Shown in pieces: positions 47,604 to 58,665 of a stretch of 64,000 nucleotides of DNA. The DNA is from Eubacteriales bacterium (GTDB taxonomy: Bacteria; Bacillota; Clostridia; Christensenellales; CAG-138). Each line of letters starts with the position of its first letter. Position 1 is the first letter of the stretch. A program made the position numbers and the translations under genes. The notes below the pieces were generated by a model. It had not been told where the DNA came from and did no database searches. It saw only the letters and a program-made list of their open reading frames with translations. The DNA is taken from NCBI GenBank assembly GCA_034933205.1, contig JAYFNY010000044.1, positions 19,564-83,563 on the forward strand, in the 5' to 3' direction.

Positions 47604-47906
47604 TTACTCCTTTTGATTGACTCGATCCAGAAGCAGGCGATATCCGCCCGCACCATATTCCAAACAACGGTTTACACGACTGATGGTTGCGGTGGATGCG
47701 TTGTATTTATGAGAGATCTCCTGATAGGTAACGCCCGCATCCAACTGACGCGCAACCTGCCAGCGCTGCGCCATCGCCTGCATTTCATTGATGGTGCACA
47801 TGTCTTCAAAGAAACGATAGCACTCGGAGAGATCCTTCAGTTCGAGAATCGCATGAAACACATCGTCCAATTCGGGACTCTTTAGTCTGGATTCATAAGC
47901 GTCCAT
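47604..47906 (-). CDS. YerC/YecD-family TrpR-like protein
   Basis: 100 aa. RWQVARQL..G.TYQEIS...ASTATISRVNRCL motif. Confidence 0.8.
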   Translation of the reverse strand: MDAYESRLKSPELDDVFHAILELKDLSECYRFFEDMCTINEMQAMAQRWQVARQLDAGVTYQEISHKYNASTATISRVNRCLEYGAGGYRLLLDRVNQKE

Positions 47907-48049
47907 ACGCGGTGCACCTTTCCTGCTGAATAATATTTTGAAAGCCGGTCAGGGAAAACGGATCGTTCCATTTTAATTAAGAACCGATAGAACCGATAGA
48001 ATCAATCTGGAATACCTTAATTTTAGACGCTTTCACGCTGGAAAGCAAG

Positions 48050-48079
48050 AAAAAAGGACATACCGTTTCCGATATGCCC
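48050..48079 (-). terminator. rpsT terminator
   Basis: Minus strand: 10-bp stem gggcatatcg-GAAA-cggtatgtcc followed by TTTTTT. Confidence 0.8.
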
Positions 48080-48099
48080 AAATGGAAAAACCGGCGGGG

Positions 48100-48363
48100 T
48101 TATTGCGCCGCGGCGCGCTTTTTCGCCATCTGCGCTTTTTTACGTGCGGCAGCATTCTTGTGGATCATGCCCTTAGCAGCGGCATGATCAACCGTGCTGA
48201 CGGCCGTCAAATACGCTTTTTCAGTTGCGGCTGCGTCCCCGGACTGCATAGCTTCGTCAAAACGGCGAATGGTCGTCTTCATTTCGGAAGTGGCCATACG
48301 GTTGCGAAGAGCTTGCTTCTCGGTGATCTTAACACGCTTGATAGCGGACTTAATATTTGCCAA
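48100..48363 (-). CDS. rpsT: 30S ribosomal protein S20
   Basis: 87 aa (ANIKSAIKRVKITEKQ). TTG start 7 nt after GGGGGTG. Confidence 0.9.
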   Translation of the reverse strand: MANIKSAIKRVKITEKQALRNRMATSEMKTTIRRFDEAMQSGDAAATEKAYLTAVSTVDHAAAKGMIHKNAAARKKAQMAKKRAAAQ

Positions 48364-48411
48364 ATCGATTCACCCCCTGTACCAGTCTCAAATTTCACTC
48401 GAACAGAAGGT

Positions 48412-48440
48412 AGTTTAGCATACCGGTAAATAGAATGCAA
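48412..48440 (-). promoter_or_regulatory. putative rpsT promoter TTGCAT-17-(TGc)TAAACT
   Basis: Hexamers read on the minus strand, about 45 nt upstream of the start. Confidence 0.5.
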
Positions 48441-48583
48441 GAAAAATCTTGCATCATACCGGTTTTTATGAAATATATAATGAAATAAGCCTTTGTATCA
48501 TTCGTAAACAGGCGGCGGGAAATATCAAATGGAAGAGCCGGCTTTTCCGGCGACATTTTCACATTTTCGTTGCATTTTCAAAG

Positions 48584-48611
48584 TTGACTACGGCGACATA
48601 CGTGATATAAT
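48584..48611 (+). promoter_or_regulatory. groESL promoter TTGACT-16-(TGa)TATAAT
   Basis: Near-consensus hexamers with an extended -10, immediately upstream of CIRCE. Confidence 0.7.
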
Positions 48612-48622
48612 AATTTTCGTGA

Positions 48623-48649
48623 TTAGCACTCGACAAAATAGAGTGCTAA
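48623..48649 (+). promoter_or_regulatory. CIRCE operator (HrcA binding site)
   Basis: Perfect TTAGCACTC-N9-GAGTGCTAA. Confidence 0.95.
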
Positions 48650-48688
48650 CAAATTGTAAAAACGAAACATACAGGAGGCGTTGAACGT

Positions 48689-48973
48689 ATGAAACTAAAA
48701 CCTTTGGCCGACCGGGTTGTCGTTGTCAGCATTGAGAACGAAGAGGTTGTCAAGGGCGGCATCGTGTTGCCGACCGCCGCAAAGGAAAAACCGCAGATGG
48801 CGGAAGTCATCTCTGTTGGCCCAGGCGGTGTTGTGGATGGCAAGGAAGTCAAGATGTACGTCAAAGAAGGCGACAAGGTAATCTGCTCAAAGTATGCAGG
48901 AACCGAAGTCAAGCTGGATGACAAGGAGTACCTCATTGTGCGTCAAAGCGATATTCTCGCTGTTGTAGAATAA
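48689..48973 (+). CDS. groES: co-chaperonin GroES
   Basis: 94 aa. MKLKPLADRVVV ... YAGTEVK. Confidence 0.95.
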   Translation: MKLKPLADRVVVVSIENEEVVKGGIVLPTAAKEKPQMAEVISVGPGGVVDGKEVKMYVKEGDKVICSKYAGTEVKLDDKEYLIVRQSDILAVVE

Positions 48974-50623
<1,650 letters not shown>

Positions 50624-50644
50624 TCGAAAAAGCAGTATAGAAAA

Positions 50645-50672
50645 GGACGCGGAGCAATCCGCGTTCTTTTTT
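50645..50672 (+). terminator. groESL terminator
   Basis: ggacgcgga-gcaa-tccgcgttc followed by tttttt. Confidence 0.8.
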
Positions 50673-50879
50673 GCTGCGCTGAAAGCGTCGTGATAGAATA
50701 AGGAAATCGCATGAAAAGAACAATTCAGAATTCTTGATAGAAGATGAATGCAGGCAGCAGCGATATAGAAATACTTTTTTCATTATTTTTTGCTCTTATT
50801 TACAAAATATAAGTGATTCTTTCTTTTCGTACGTATTATAGAATGCCGGTCAATCAACATCAGGGGGGGCGATACAACC

Positions 50880-51425
50880 TTGACGGAAAAGCAGATAACT
50901 CTCGGCTTACGTTCGGGCAGCGAACGTGCGCTCGATGCGGCGGTCGAAACCTACTCACGACTTTTGTGGAGTATCGCAAGAGCGATATTACAAAATGTCG
51001 GAACGGCAGAAGATATGGAGGAGTGCGTTGCAGACGCATTTATACAGCTCTGGAACAATCGCGAATCTTTTCTTGAATCGCGCGGCAGCGTGAAAAGCTG
51101 GCTTTGCGTTGTTGTAAAAAGCAAAGCAATTGACTGCTACCGAAAGATCAGCCGAACCGGCGAAATCCACATAGACGAACAGCTCGATGCATTTGGCACT
51201 GGTATCTTCGACCAAACGTTGGACGCCGTATTGCAGCGCGAACTGCTCGCGGCCATTCAGGCGCTGGGCGAACCCGACCGCGAAATTGTACTCAGACGGT
51301 TTTATTATCGGCAAAAGCCGAAGGACATCGCGGTTGCACTTGATCTTTCGGCAAAGCAGGTGGAAAACCATATCTTTCGCGCAAAACGCAAACTCAGGGA
51401 ACAATTGGAAGGAGGGCTGGCATGA
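50880..51425 (+). CDS. ECF-type sigma-70 family RNA polymerase sigma factor
   Basis: 181 aa. Region 2 (YSRLLWSIARAIL...AEDMEECVADAFIQLW) and region 4 HTH (KPKDIAVALDLSAKQVENHIFRAKRKL). TTG start after a G-rich SD. Confidence 0.8.
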   Translation: MTEKQITLGLRSGSERALDAAVETYSRLLWSIARAILQNVGTAEDMEECVADAFIQLWNNRESFLESRGSVKSWLCVVVKSKAIDCYRKISRTGEIHIDEQLDAFGTGIFDQTLDAVLQRELLAAIQALGEPDREIVLRRFYYRQKPKDIAVALDLSAKQVENHIFRAKRKLREQLEGGLA

Positions 51426-52435
51426 ATCCTTCAAGAGACGTGTTCAACCGAAAACATAGGAAGAATATTCGACAAAAAGTGGAGCGGGGAACAGGGACGA
51501 CACTCAACCGGCACGCGCCGCGCAGCGCCACCGCCCGGGTTGGAATCGTGTTTGCGGTGTTTGCTGCGTGTGTGTTGTTTGGCACATCCGCGCTCGCCAT
51601 GGGCGTTCCGGAGGTAAACACGCTGCTGTATTACGTTCTGCCGGAAGCAGCGCAGTTCTTTAAGCCCGTGCAGAAAAGTTCGGTCGATCAGGGGATTGAA
51701 GTCAAAGTGGAAAGCGCATATATCCACGGTGCGGAGGCGGAGGCCGTAGTGAGCGTGCGCGACTTAACCGGGGACCGACTGGACAAGTCCATCGATTTCG
51801 ACGACAGTTACGATTTCCGAACGGGTTTCGACAGCTGTGGGACCTGCTCGCAGATCGGCTATGACGAAGCAACAAAAACCGCGACATTTCTGATTCAGAC
51901 AAGCAGCATGGACGAACAGGACGTGATTGCCGGAGAAAAGATTACAATGACGTTTCAGACGCTGCTGACCGGAAAAACGGAAGCGCTGGATTTTCCGATT
52001 CCGCTGGACTGGAGCGCGATACCGGAAACGGTGGAAACGGAAACGGCGGATCCTTATGAGGAAACGGTCCTGATCCCAGGCGAAACGATGTTGATGCCAT
52101 ACGAAGGATTTTATGTAACTGGGATCGGCTATGTGGAGGGGAAACTGCACGTTCAGCTTTACACGCCTGGAAGATACAAATACGACGACCATGCCTTTCT
52201 ATATCTACAGGACGAAAACGGCGAAAAAATCGAGGGAGGCCTGCTGTACCGCGGCGGATATAACGCGTCCGACGCAAACGACGAAAAACTTCGGGCGGAT
52301 TATGTTGAGTACGCGTTCGATGTGCCGCAAAGCGAACTTACGCAATATAAGCTATACGGCGAATTCTACTCCTATAAAACGCGGATCGAAGGCAATTGGA
52401 GCATTACATTCCCGATTTTAAACAACGTGGAATAG
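51422..52435 (+). CDS. putative anti-sigma factor, single-pass membrane protein with DUF4179-like ectodomain
   Basis: ATGA overlap with the sigma gene. One TM helix (VGIVFAVFAACVLFGTSALA) followed by an extracytoplasmic domain. Confidence 0.6.
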   Translation: MNPSRDVFNRKHRKNIRQKVERGTGTTLNRHAPRSATARVGIVFAVFAACVLFGTSALAMGVPEVNTLLYYVLPEAAQFFKPVQKSSVDQGIEVKVESAYIHGAEAEAVVSVRDLTGDRLDKSIDFDDSYDFRTGFDSCGTCSQIGYDEATKTATFLIQTSSMDEQDVIAGEKITMTFQTLLTGKTEALDFPIPLDWSAIPETVETETADPYEETVLIPGETMLMPYEGFYVTGIGYVEGKLHVQLYTPGRYKYDDHAFLYLQDENGEKIEGGLLYRGGYNASDANDEKLRADYVEYAFDVPQSELTQYKLYGEFYSYKTRIEGNWSITFPILNNVE

Positions 52436-52449
52436 AGTGTTGTTCTGCG

Positions 52450-52480
52450 AAAAAAGAGCGGCTTGTGCCGCTCCTTTTTG
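52450..52480. terminator. bidirectional terminator between the anti-sigma gene and the AcnX operon
   Basis: aaaaaa-gagcggc-ttgt-gccgctc-cttttt. Confidence 0.8.
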
Positions 52481-52494
52481 CTACTTCGATAACG

Positions 52495-52938
52495 TTAGTC
52501 GATGATAACCGTTCCATCTTCCTTGACCGTTACTTTCGCACCGGTTTTTACATAGGCAAGGAATTCGTCGCCGAGCGTATCGACGACCGGCATGGAAACG
52601 TCCGTCCAGACGTCCGCGAGGATGGCGCCCGCCGCGGCGAGCGAGTCGATGGGCTTGCTAAAGAGCAGGCATGCGGGCTGCTGCCCGAGCGCCGCCGCGC
52701 AGTAGAGGACCATGCCGCCCGTGGTGGAGCCTATGGTTTGCGGAAGACACAGCGCTGCGTTATGCATCGGTTTTTCAAAGATATCAGGATTATTCTGATC
52801 GGAACATTTTGCATCCTTATCCTTAAACATCAGTGCCTTTTGAAAGCTTGCGAGCGTATTAAATCCACCGTGGGATACGAGCGCATTTGCCGTTGCACAG
52901 CCGGGAACGACCGCACGACCCTTGAATGACTTCGACAT
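52495..52938 (-). CDS. aconitase X swivel-domain subunit (DUF126 family)
   Basis: 147 aa from MSKSFKGRAVVPGCATANALVS, with a GSTTGG loop. ATG lies 1 nt after the stop of the catalytic subunit. Confidence 0.75.
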   Translation of the reverse strand: MSKSFKGRAVVPGCATANALVSHGGFNTLASFQKALMFKDKDAKCSDQNNPDIFEKPMHNAALCLPQTIGSTTGGMVLYCAAALGQQPACLLFSKPIDSLAAAGAILADVWTDVSMPVVDTLGDEFLAYVKTGAKVTVKEDGTVIID

Positions 52939-52939
52939 G

Positions 52940-54217
52940 TCAGTTGCCCCCTTTCGAAAGAATATCCAGTATCTCCGCATCCGTGTGATAACGCGCGGAC
53001 GTATAGGTACGCAGTTTATTGCTGTTCGTTACTACGGGCATCTTACCGCTGAGCGGATTGTTCATATACATCAGCGGGCAGATATAGGAGAGAACGACGC
53101 CCATATCGACGAGCTTTTGGTAGTCCGGCGTCTTTTTGAATTCCGCCTGAACGGCGACGGGTGAAGTGAATACGGTCGGTACCGCCACTTTCTTTCGACC
53201 GGCTTGATCGAGCGCTTCGGATAGCGCATTTGTCCAGTCGTGCAGCTGTTTCAGGGAGAGATGCGGGCAGCCGACGAAGCAGAGTTTGGGTTTCGCGTTC
53301 GGATCTTTCCAGATAACCGGGTAACTGTTTTTCACGCGTTCCAGTTCCGCGTCGTCAATAACATAGACTTTTGCATTTTCTGCGATCAAAGCCTTACCGG
53401 ATTCGATTGCGTCCGGGGTAAGGCCTTCGATGTGATAAAGCCCGACCGCGCCGTTGCTTGCCGTTGCCGCACCGAAGTCCTTCAGATAAGCGGTCGTATC
53501 GTCGTTGAGCTGATTACCGATGAATTCGGTCAGTCCCCTGATATAGGGTACGTCTTCCATCACCTTCATGCCGATCGCACTGCCGAGAATTTGAGCTTCC
53601 GGCTTTTTTGACGTTCGTATCTCGACAATCCAGGTCGCTTTTCGGCCTTCGTCCGTCAACAGGCCGAAGTATGGAACGTAACCCGCTACGCTGCCGAAGA
53701 GTTCCAGGATGCCGCTGTTGCGGTTGCATCGCGCGCCAAGCACACTGTTTGCATAAACCACGGCACTGCTTTCCGCCCAGCTGAGTATGTCGCCTTTTTT
53801 CGGCTTATTGCCAACCTGGTCGAGATAGCAGGCGCAAGTGAAGGCATCCTTGTTTAATAAACCTAGCGTCTGTAACTGCTTTTCATAGTCTTCCTGCTTG
53901 GAATACATGAATTTAAACACAAGGTCCTGCAGAAGCGTTGTGGGTACGTTTTTATCCAGCGGACGCGGGTCCACGGAAAATTTCTGCCCGGAAAGCGCGC
54001 CGCTTTCAATAAGTTGGTCCATGAGCGAATAGACGGGTTTCATAACGGAAAGTCCGAAGCTGGTAACAAGATGACCGCAGCCGCTGGTTACGGGTACCAT
54101 TTTTTCAGCGCCGAATGTTTCGCCGTATATGACCAGCGTTTTCATGACTTTCGCCAGGGTTTCGCCCTTTTCACCATTGAGCAGCGCTTGCTGCTCGGGC
54201 GTTAACGTCATTGCCAT
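52940..54217 (-). CDS. aconitase X catalytic subunit (DUF521 family)
   Basis: 425 aa from MAMTLTPEQQALLNGEKGETLAKVM. Conserved Cys candidates for the Fe-S cluster (CACYLD, CFVGCPH, YICPLMY). ATG follows GGAGG plus 8 nt. Confidence 0.8.
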   Translation of the reverse strand: MAMTLTPEQQALLNGEKGETLAKVMKTLVIYGETFGAEKMVPVTSGCGHLVTSFGLSVMKPVYSLMDQLIESGALSGQKFSVDPRPLDKNVPTTLLQDLVFKFMYSKQEDYEKQLQTLGLLNKDAFTCACYLDQVGNKPKKGDILSWAESSAVVYANSVLGARCNRNSGILELFGSVAGYVPYFGLLTDEGRKATWIVEIRTSKKPEAQILGSAIGMKVMEDVPYIRGLTEFIGNQLNDDTTAYLKDFGAATASNGAVGLYHIEGLTPDAIESGKALIAENAKVYVIDDAELERVKNSYPVIWKDPNAKPKLCFVGCPHLSLKQLHDWTNALSEALDQAGRKKVAVPTVFTSPVAVQAEFKKTPDYQKLVDMGVVLSYICPLMYMNNPLSGKMPVVTNSNKLRTYTSARYHTDAEILDILSKGGN

Positions 54218-54230
54218 TTCGGTTGCCTCC

Positions 54231-56513
54231 TTATATGCGGGTTGCAAGCGCGTAGGCTGAGCGGCAGGCTTCCAGTACGCGTCCCGCTGCAAAACTATCG
54301 CCAATGTTATAGAGTTCCGGCGCGACATGCTCCTTCTGTCCTTCGAGGTAGGCCGCGTCGTCCGGCTTGCCGCCCATGGCAAGCACAACAAGGTCCGCGT
54401 CCAGTTCCACGCGCTTTGGGCAATTGCCGAGCTTCGGAGCGAGCGGGTTCTCGATATTTTCCGGCAGGATCGGCTGCCATGTGTTGTAAGGATTCGGCAC
54501 GTTCTTATGCAGATTCTGCTCGATGACGACGTGTTTCTCGTCGAATTCCTTAACCATGGCGCAGTTCATCAGTTCCACACCCTGATCTTTGAGGTAGTGG
54601 ATAATGTGCCCACGATTGGCGGTGCAGGTACCCTTCATGAAATAGGGCATCATTTCGACGACTTTGACCTTGCAGTTGTCTTTTTCATACGCGAGCCAGT
54701 AAGCCGTTTCGCATCCGACCACACCGCCGCCGACAATTACGATATTTTTCGCGTCGCCCAGCAGGGATTCGTCAACGAGCAAATCGGTCGCTTCCACATG
54801 TTTGATCTTGTCAAGACCGCTGAATTTCGGCGTGCCGCTCTTTGTTCCAATCGCGTAAACAACCGCGTCGTAATTTTTTGATTTCAGCGTTTGCGTCGTG
54901 ACTTCGGTGTTCAGATGTACGTCGAGATCGTAAGCTTTCTGAGCGGCCTTCAGCTCGCTTTCGAGGTAGCCAAGGTAGTTTCGAATATCAAATTTAATTC
55001 GCGGCACGCTTCCGGCCACAATCCTGCCGCCGATTCGAGCTGCTTTTTCGTAAAGGTCGACCTTGTGTCCGCGGCGTGCGGCCATGATGGAGAATAACAC
55101 GCCCGCAGGACCAGCGCCGACGACTGCGATCTTCTTTTTGATTTCCGTCGGATGGATCGCTTCCGGCAATACGTCCTCAAAGCCGGTACGGGGATTAACC
55201 GCGCATTGCGGATGACCGCCGTCGACGAACTCATTGATACAACCTTCCTGACAGCCGATGCAGGGACGGATTGCGGAAACTTTGCCCGCATACGCCTTGT
55301 TCGGCCATTCGGGGTCGGCCAAAAGCGGACGGCCAAGCATGATCATATCGCACATATCGTCACGAAGTGCTTTTTCAGCCAGATCCGGGTATCCTAGTTT
55401 GCCAACCGCGACCACAGGAACCGGAAGCCCGGCGTTGCTGACGACTTTTCGTTCTTCAAAGCGTTCCTTGACGAGTTTGCTCACATCGAGGAAACATCCG
55501 GCAGGCATGCCTGCCGGCGGATGCGGAAGCCACCAGTTATCGTAGCAGCCGAGATCGACGTCGAACATATCTACGCCGGCTTTTACAAGATTAACCATAT
55601 AATCGAGCGTCTGCTCGATGGTGCGGCCGTTCTTAAACTTCCTCAGTGCCTTTTCGTTCATTCCCTCTTCACCGTAGGTTTCATTCAGGGCGAGGGAGAG
55701 GTCGATTCGGTACATGATGGGATATTTCGTTCCGCCACGGCGCCGAATTTCCTGAACGATGTCGATGCCGAAACGCTGCCAATCCGCATACTTTCCGAGC
55801 TTTCGGCGATTAAATGCGGGGTTGGTCAGCTGCTCCAGCAGGTAACCCTCATGACCGTGCAGATAAACGCCGTCAATGCCGGAGGCTTTGGCGTCCGCCG
55901 TGGCCTGCCCGGCATTCTTGATTATTTTTTTCAGTTTTCCGCCGGAAAGCGGCATGCAGGGGATTTCCGGAATGTAAAAATTCGGGTTCAGCGAAGCGGA
56001 AACGGGGAATTTCATTTGTGTAATCAGGCACTGCGGATTCCCCACGCGGCCCAGACCCGGAGTTAGCTGAACAAAGATGCGCGCGCCGTAATTATGGCAG
56101 CCCTGCGCCAAATCACGCCAGCCGGAAAGCACCGTACGGCTGCGGTCGATGCGCGGGAAATAGGAGAGTCCGCCAAGCTCGGTGATGGAATGGTCGATAC
56201 CGTGACTGATCGGAATGAGCCCCGTCGTAATCAGCCCAACACCGCCTTTTGCGCGGGCAAAAAAGTACTGCTGCATTTTTACATTGGGGCGACCCGTTTC
56301 CTCGGCCATGTCGATATTGCCCATCGGTGCCATGACGAGGCGATTTTTAATCGTAACGGAGTTGACGCGAATCGGTGAAAAAAGTCGGTTGTAGGGATAG
56401 AGGTCGCTCGTCATACCGGCGGAACCGCCTGCGCGATTGCTATTGTCTGCCGCGCAAACCCAATTACCGTAGCCGTCGATGAGCTGCTGTACAAAGGGAT
56501 CTTTTTTCAGCAT
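54231..56513 (-). CDS. OYE-like FMN / 4Fe-4S / FAD-NAD(P) flavoenzyme (2-enoate reductase / FadH / TMADH architecture)
   Basis: 760 aa. OYE barrel N-terminus (LFSPIRVNSVTIKNRLVMAPMG), CIGCQEGCINEFVDGGHPQCAVNP (Cx2Cx3Cx11C), and two Rossmann motifs (VVGAGPAG, IVGGGVVG). SD GAGGAG lies 5 nt before the ATG. Confidence 0.8.
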   Translation of the reverse strand: MLKKDPFVQQLIDGYGNWVCAADNSNRAGGSAGMTSDLYPYNRLFSPIRVNSVTIKNRLVMAPMGNIDMAEETGRPNVKMQQYFFARAKGGVGLITTGLIPISHGIDHSITELGGLSYFPRIDRSRTVLSGWRDLAQGCHNYGARIFVQLTPGLGRVGNPQCLITQMKFPVSASLNPNFYIPEIPCMPLSGGKLKKIIKNAGQATADAKASGIDGVYLHGHEGYLLEQLTNPAFNRRKLGKYADWQRFGIDIVQEIRRRGGTKYPIMYRIDLSLALNETYGEEGMNEKALRKFKNGRTIEQTLDYMVNLVKAGVDMFDVDLGCYDNWWLPHPPAGMPAGCFLDVSKLVKERFEERKVVSNAGLPVPVVAVGKLGYPDLAEKALRDDMCDMIMLGRPLLADPEWPNKAYAGKVSAIRPCIGCQEGCINEFVDGGHPQCAVNPRTGFEDVLPEAIHPTEIKKKIAVVGAGPAGVLFSIMAARRGHKVDLYEKAARIGGRIVAGSVPRIKFDIRNYLGYLESELKAAQKAYDLDVHLNTEVTTQTLKSKNYDAVVYAIGTKSGTPKFSGLDKIKHVEATDLLVDESLLGDAKNIVIVGGGVVGCETAYWLAYEKDNCKVKVVEMMPYFMKGTCTANRGHIIHYLKDQGVELMNCAMVKEFDEKHVVIEQNLHKNVPNPYNTWQPILPENIENPLAPKLGNCPKRVELDADLVVLAMGGKPDDAAYLEGQKEHVAPELYNIGDSFAAGRVLEACRSAYALATRI

Positions 56514-56673
56514 AAAATCTCCTCGCTTTCAATGATGAATGGAAAAGTCAGAAATGTTATTTATCGATATTACTTTATCAAATAAAAGATACGGAATCAA
56601 GGAATTGCAGACGAAACATGGGAATATATATCAAGTTAAGCACAAACCGGAATATTGTCCGAAAGAGATGAAA

Positions 56674-57114
56674 TCATCTGATTTCTCCCCCGTGAAAATA
56701 ACACTCATAGATACAAGCTTGGCCGATAAGAATTTCTTCGTGTCCCTGAAACCACTCCGGCACGCCGGAAACGGCACAACGATACAGCGTCTCTCCTTCG
56801 CGATATTCCTGTGGCCCGCGATACGGACAGTCCGCAGGAACCTGCAGAAGGGCACGCTTCAGAAAATCACCGTCGAATCTACGGTCCAGCACGCGGCCGC
56901 AATAGTTCATAGACCAGATCGGGCTGCCTTCGAGCCAAACGGCCTCTTCGCCTGCAAACGACTCACCGCCTAAATAGGTGTCGATATAGAGCAGGTCATT
57001 TTCACAATTGTGGAAATCATGCGAACAAGGCCTCGATGGGGAAACCTGGGGGCCTTTTGCCGCATACGTATTTCGTTTCGCATTCTGCAAGAAACGAACA
57101 ATGCGATCCTGCAT
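56674..57114 (-). CDS. DUF5680-family protein
   Basis: 146 aa from MQDRIVRFLQNAKRNTYA, with YIDTYLGG...W.M.Y.G as recalled for DUF5680. Start follows GGAGG plus 8 nt. Confidence 0.55.
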   Translation of the reverse strand: MQDRIVRFLQNAKRNTYAAKGPQVSPSRPCSHDFHNCENDLLYIDTYLGGESFAGEEAVWLEGSPIWSMNYCGRVLDRRFDGDFLKRALLQVPADCPYRGPQEYREGETLYRCAVSGVPEWFQGHEEILIGQACIYECYFHGGEIR

Positions 57115-57246
57115 GGGATTTTCCTCCATTCTTGTGAAATAATTGCAAATCCAAAAGTATTATAGCATTCCATTGATTGATTCCTCGCCGTTTTTCCTGT
57201 AGAATCAAACATTGCAGCCGCAATCGTCACGCAGAACCGGTTTCGT

Positions 57247-57275
57247 ATGACATTTTAGAGGGCGGCTGGTATAAT
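57247..57275 (+). promoter_or_regulatory. promoter ATGACA-17-(TGg)TATAAT exactly 6 nt upstream of the DUF512 ATG
   Basis: tggtataat-actggt-ATG, no SD. Confidence 0.55.
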
Positions 57276-57281
57276 ACTGGT

Positions 57282-58595
57282 ATGGGAAATTTTGAAAATC
57301 GTCAGCAAATCGTCAGCGACGTGCTCCCCGGATCACCGGCGGAGCGGGCTGGAATACAGATTGGCGACGCACTGCTTTCCATCGACGGCGAACCGGTAAT
57401 CGATCTTGTCGATTACGAACACCTGACGGTTAAGGACGAAATCACTCTGGAAGTTCGAAAAAAGTCCGGTGAAACAGACTGGATCGACCTGGAGAAAGAC
57501 GAGTACGAACCGCTTGGTTTATCGTTTGCCACAAGTCTGATGGACGCGATGCGCACCTGCAAGAATCACTGCGTTTTCTGCTTTATCGACCAGATGCCGA
57601 AGGGCGGACGTTCCAGCCTGCACGTAAAGGACGACGACTGGCGGATGTCGTTTATTATGGGCAACTATGTTACCCTGACAAACCTTGACGAACAGGAATT
57701 GGAGCGCGTTATCCGGCGCAGGGTGAGCCCGCTGTATGTTTCGCTGCACGCGAGTGATCCGGACGTTCGGCGAACTATGATGAAGAATCCGCGCGCCGGG
57801 GAGATTCTGCAGCAGCTTAAAAAATTAGCCGATGCTGGGTTGAGCTTTCATCTTCAGATTGTGCTCTGCCCAGGGCTCAACGACGGGGATGTTTTGCGCC
57901 GGTCCATCGACGACGCGCTTTCGCTCTATCCGTACGCGCAATCGCTTGCGATCGTCCCGGTTGGACTGACACGACACCGCGAAGGGCTATATCCGCTGCG
58001 TTCATTTTCGAGGACGGAAGCGGAAGCGCTGATCGACGAGATCGAAGCGCGACAGCAAAAGATTCTTGCGCGCCATGGCACGCGATTTGTCTTCTTAGCG
58101 GATGAATGGTACGCCATGAGCGGCAGAACCTTGCCGGAATATGACGACTATGAAGGGTTCCCGCAGATCGAAAACGGGGTGGGTCTTCTGCGCTTGTTTG
58201 AAGGGGAGATGCTGGAGTCTCTCAGGGGCAGAGAACCAGTGCCTTCGCCAAAACGATTCCTAATGGCGGGGGGGATCTCCGCAGAGCCGTTTTTCCGGGA
58301 TTCCTATCAGAAGCTGGAACCATATGGGATTACGATTGAAACGCGTTCCATTCGGAATTTTTTCTTTGGAGACAGCGTGACCGTAGGCGGTTTAGTAACC
58401 GGCGGCGATCTGATCACACAGCTGAAAGGAGCCGAGTTTGGTCGTGCGCTCTTAATCCCCCGTGTTATGCTCAAAGCGGATGAGGAAGTTTTTCTGGATG
58501 GCGTTACGCTCCTTGAAGCGGAAACGTCTTTGAATACAAGAATCATCCCGGTGACGAGCGGTGAGGACCTCGTTGAGATAGTATTTACAGAATAG
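57282..58595 (+). CDS. DUF512 radical-SAM-like protein with N-terminal PDZ domain
   Basis: 437 aa. PDZ ([26 protein letters not shown]), then CKNHCVFCF, then the DUF512 C-terminal domain. Conserved neighbour of der-plsY. Confidence 0.8.
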   Translation: MGNFENRQQIVSDVLPGSPAERAGIQIGDALLSIDGEPVIDLVDYEHLTVKDEITLEVRKKSGETDWIDLEKDEYEPLGLSFATSLMDAMRTCKNHCVFCFIDQMPKGGRSSLHVKDDDWRMSFIMGNYVTLTNLDEQELERVIRRRVSPLYVSLHASDPDVRRTMMKNPRAGEILQQLKKLADAGLSFHLQIVLCPGLNDGDVLRRSIDDALSLYPYAQSLAIVPVGLTRHREGLYPLRSFSRTEAEALIDEIEARQQKILARHGTRFVFLADEWYAMSGRTLPEYDDYEGFPQIENGVGLLRLFEGEMLESLRGREPVPSPKRFLMAGGISAEPFFRDSYQKLEPYGITIETRSIRNFFFGDSVTVGGLVTGGDLITQLKGAEFGRALLIPRVMLKADEEVFLDGVTLLEAETSLNTRIIPVTSGEDLVEIVFTE

Positions 58596-58665
58596 GAATA
58601 GAATTACTTTTTTGAAACATGGTTGTGTTTCGGTATTCGCAATTGAATTTTGCTGGGAGAATTAT

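Noticed and set aside
47981-48007. A 9-bp tandem repeat, GAACCGATA twice plus a degenerate third copy GAATCAATC, considered as a micro-CRISPR or minisatellite.
   Set aside because: It is far too short, has no spacers, and there are no cas genes. It sits in the yerC upstream region and could at most be a small operator. The evidence is insufficient to call a feature.
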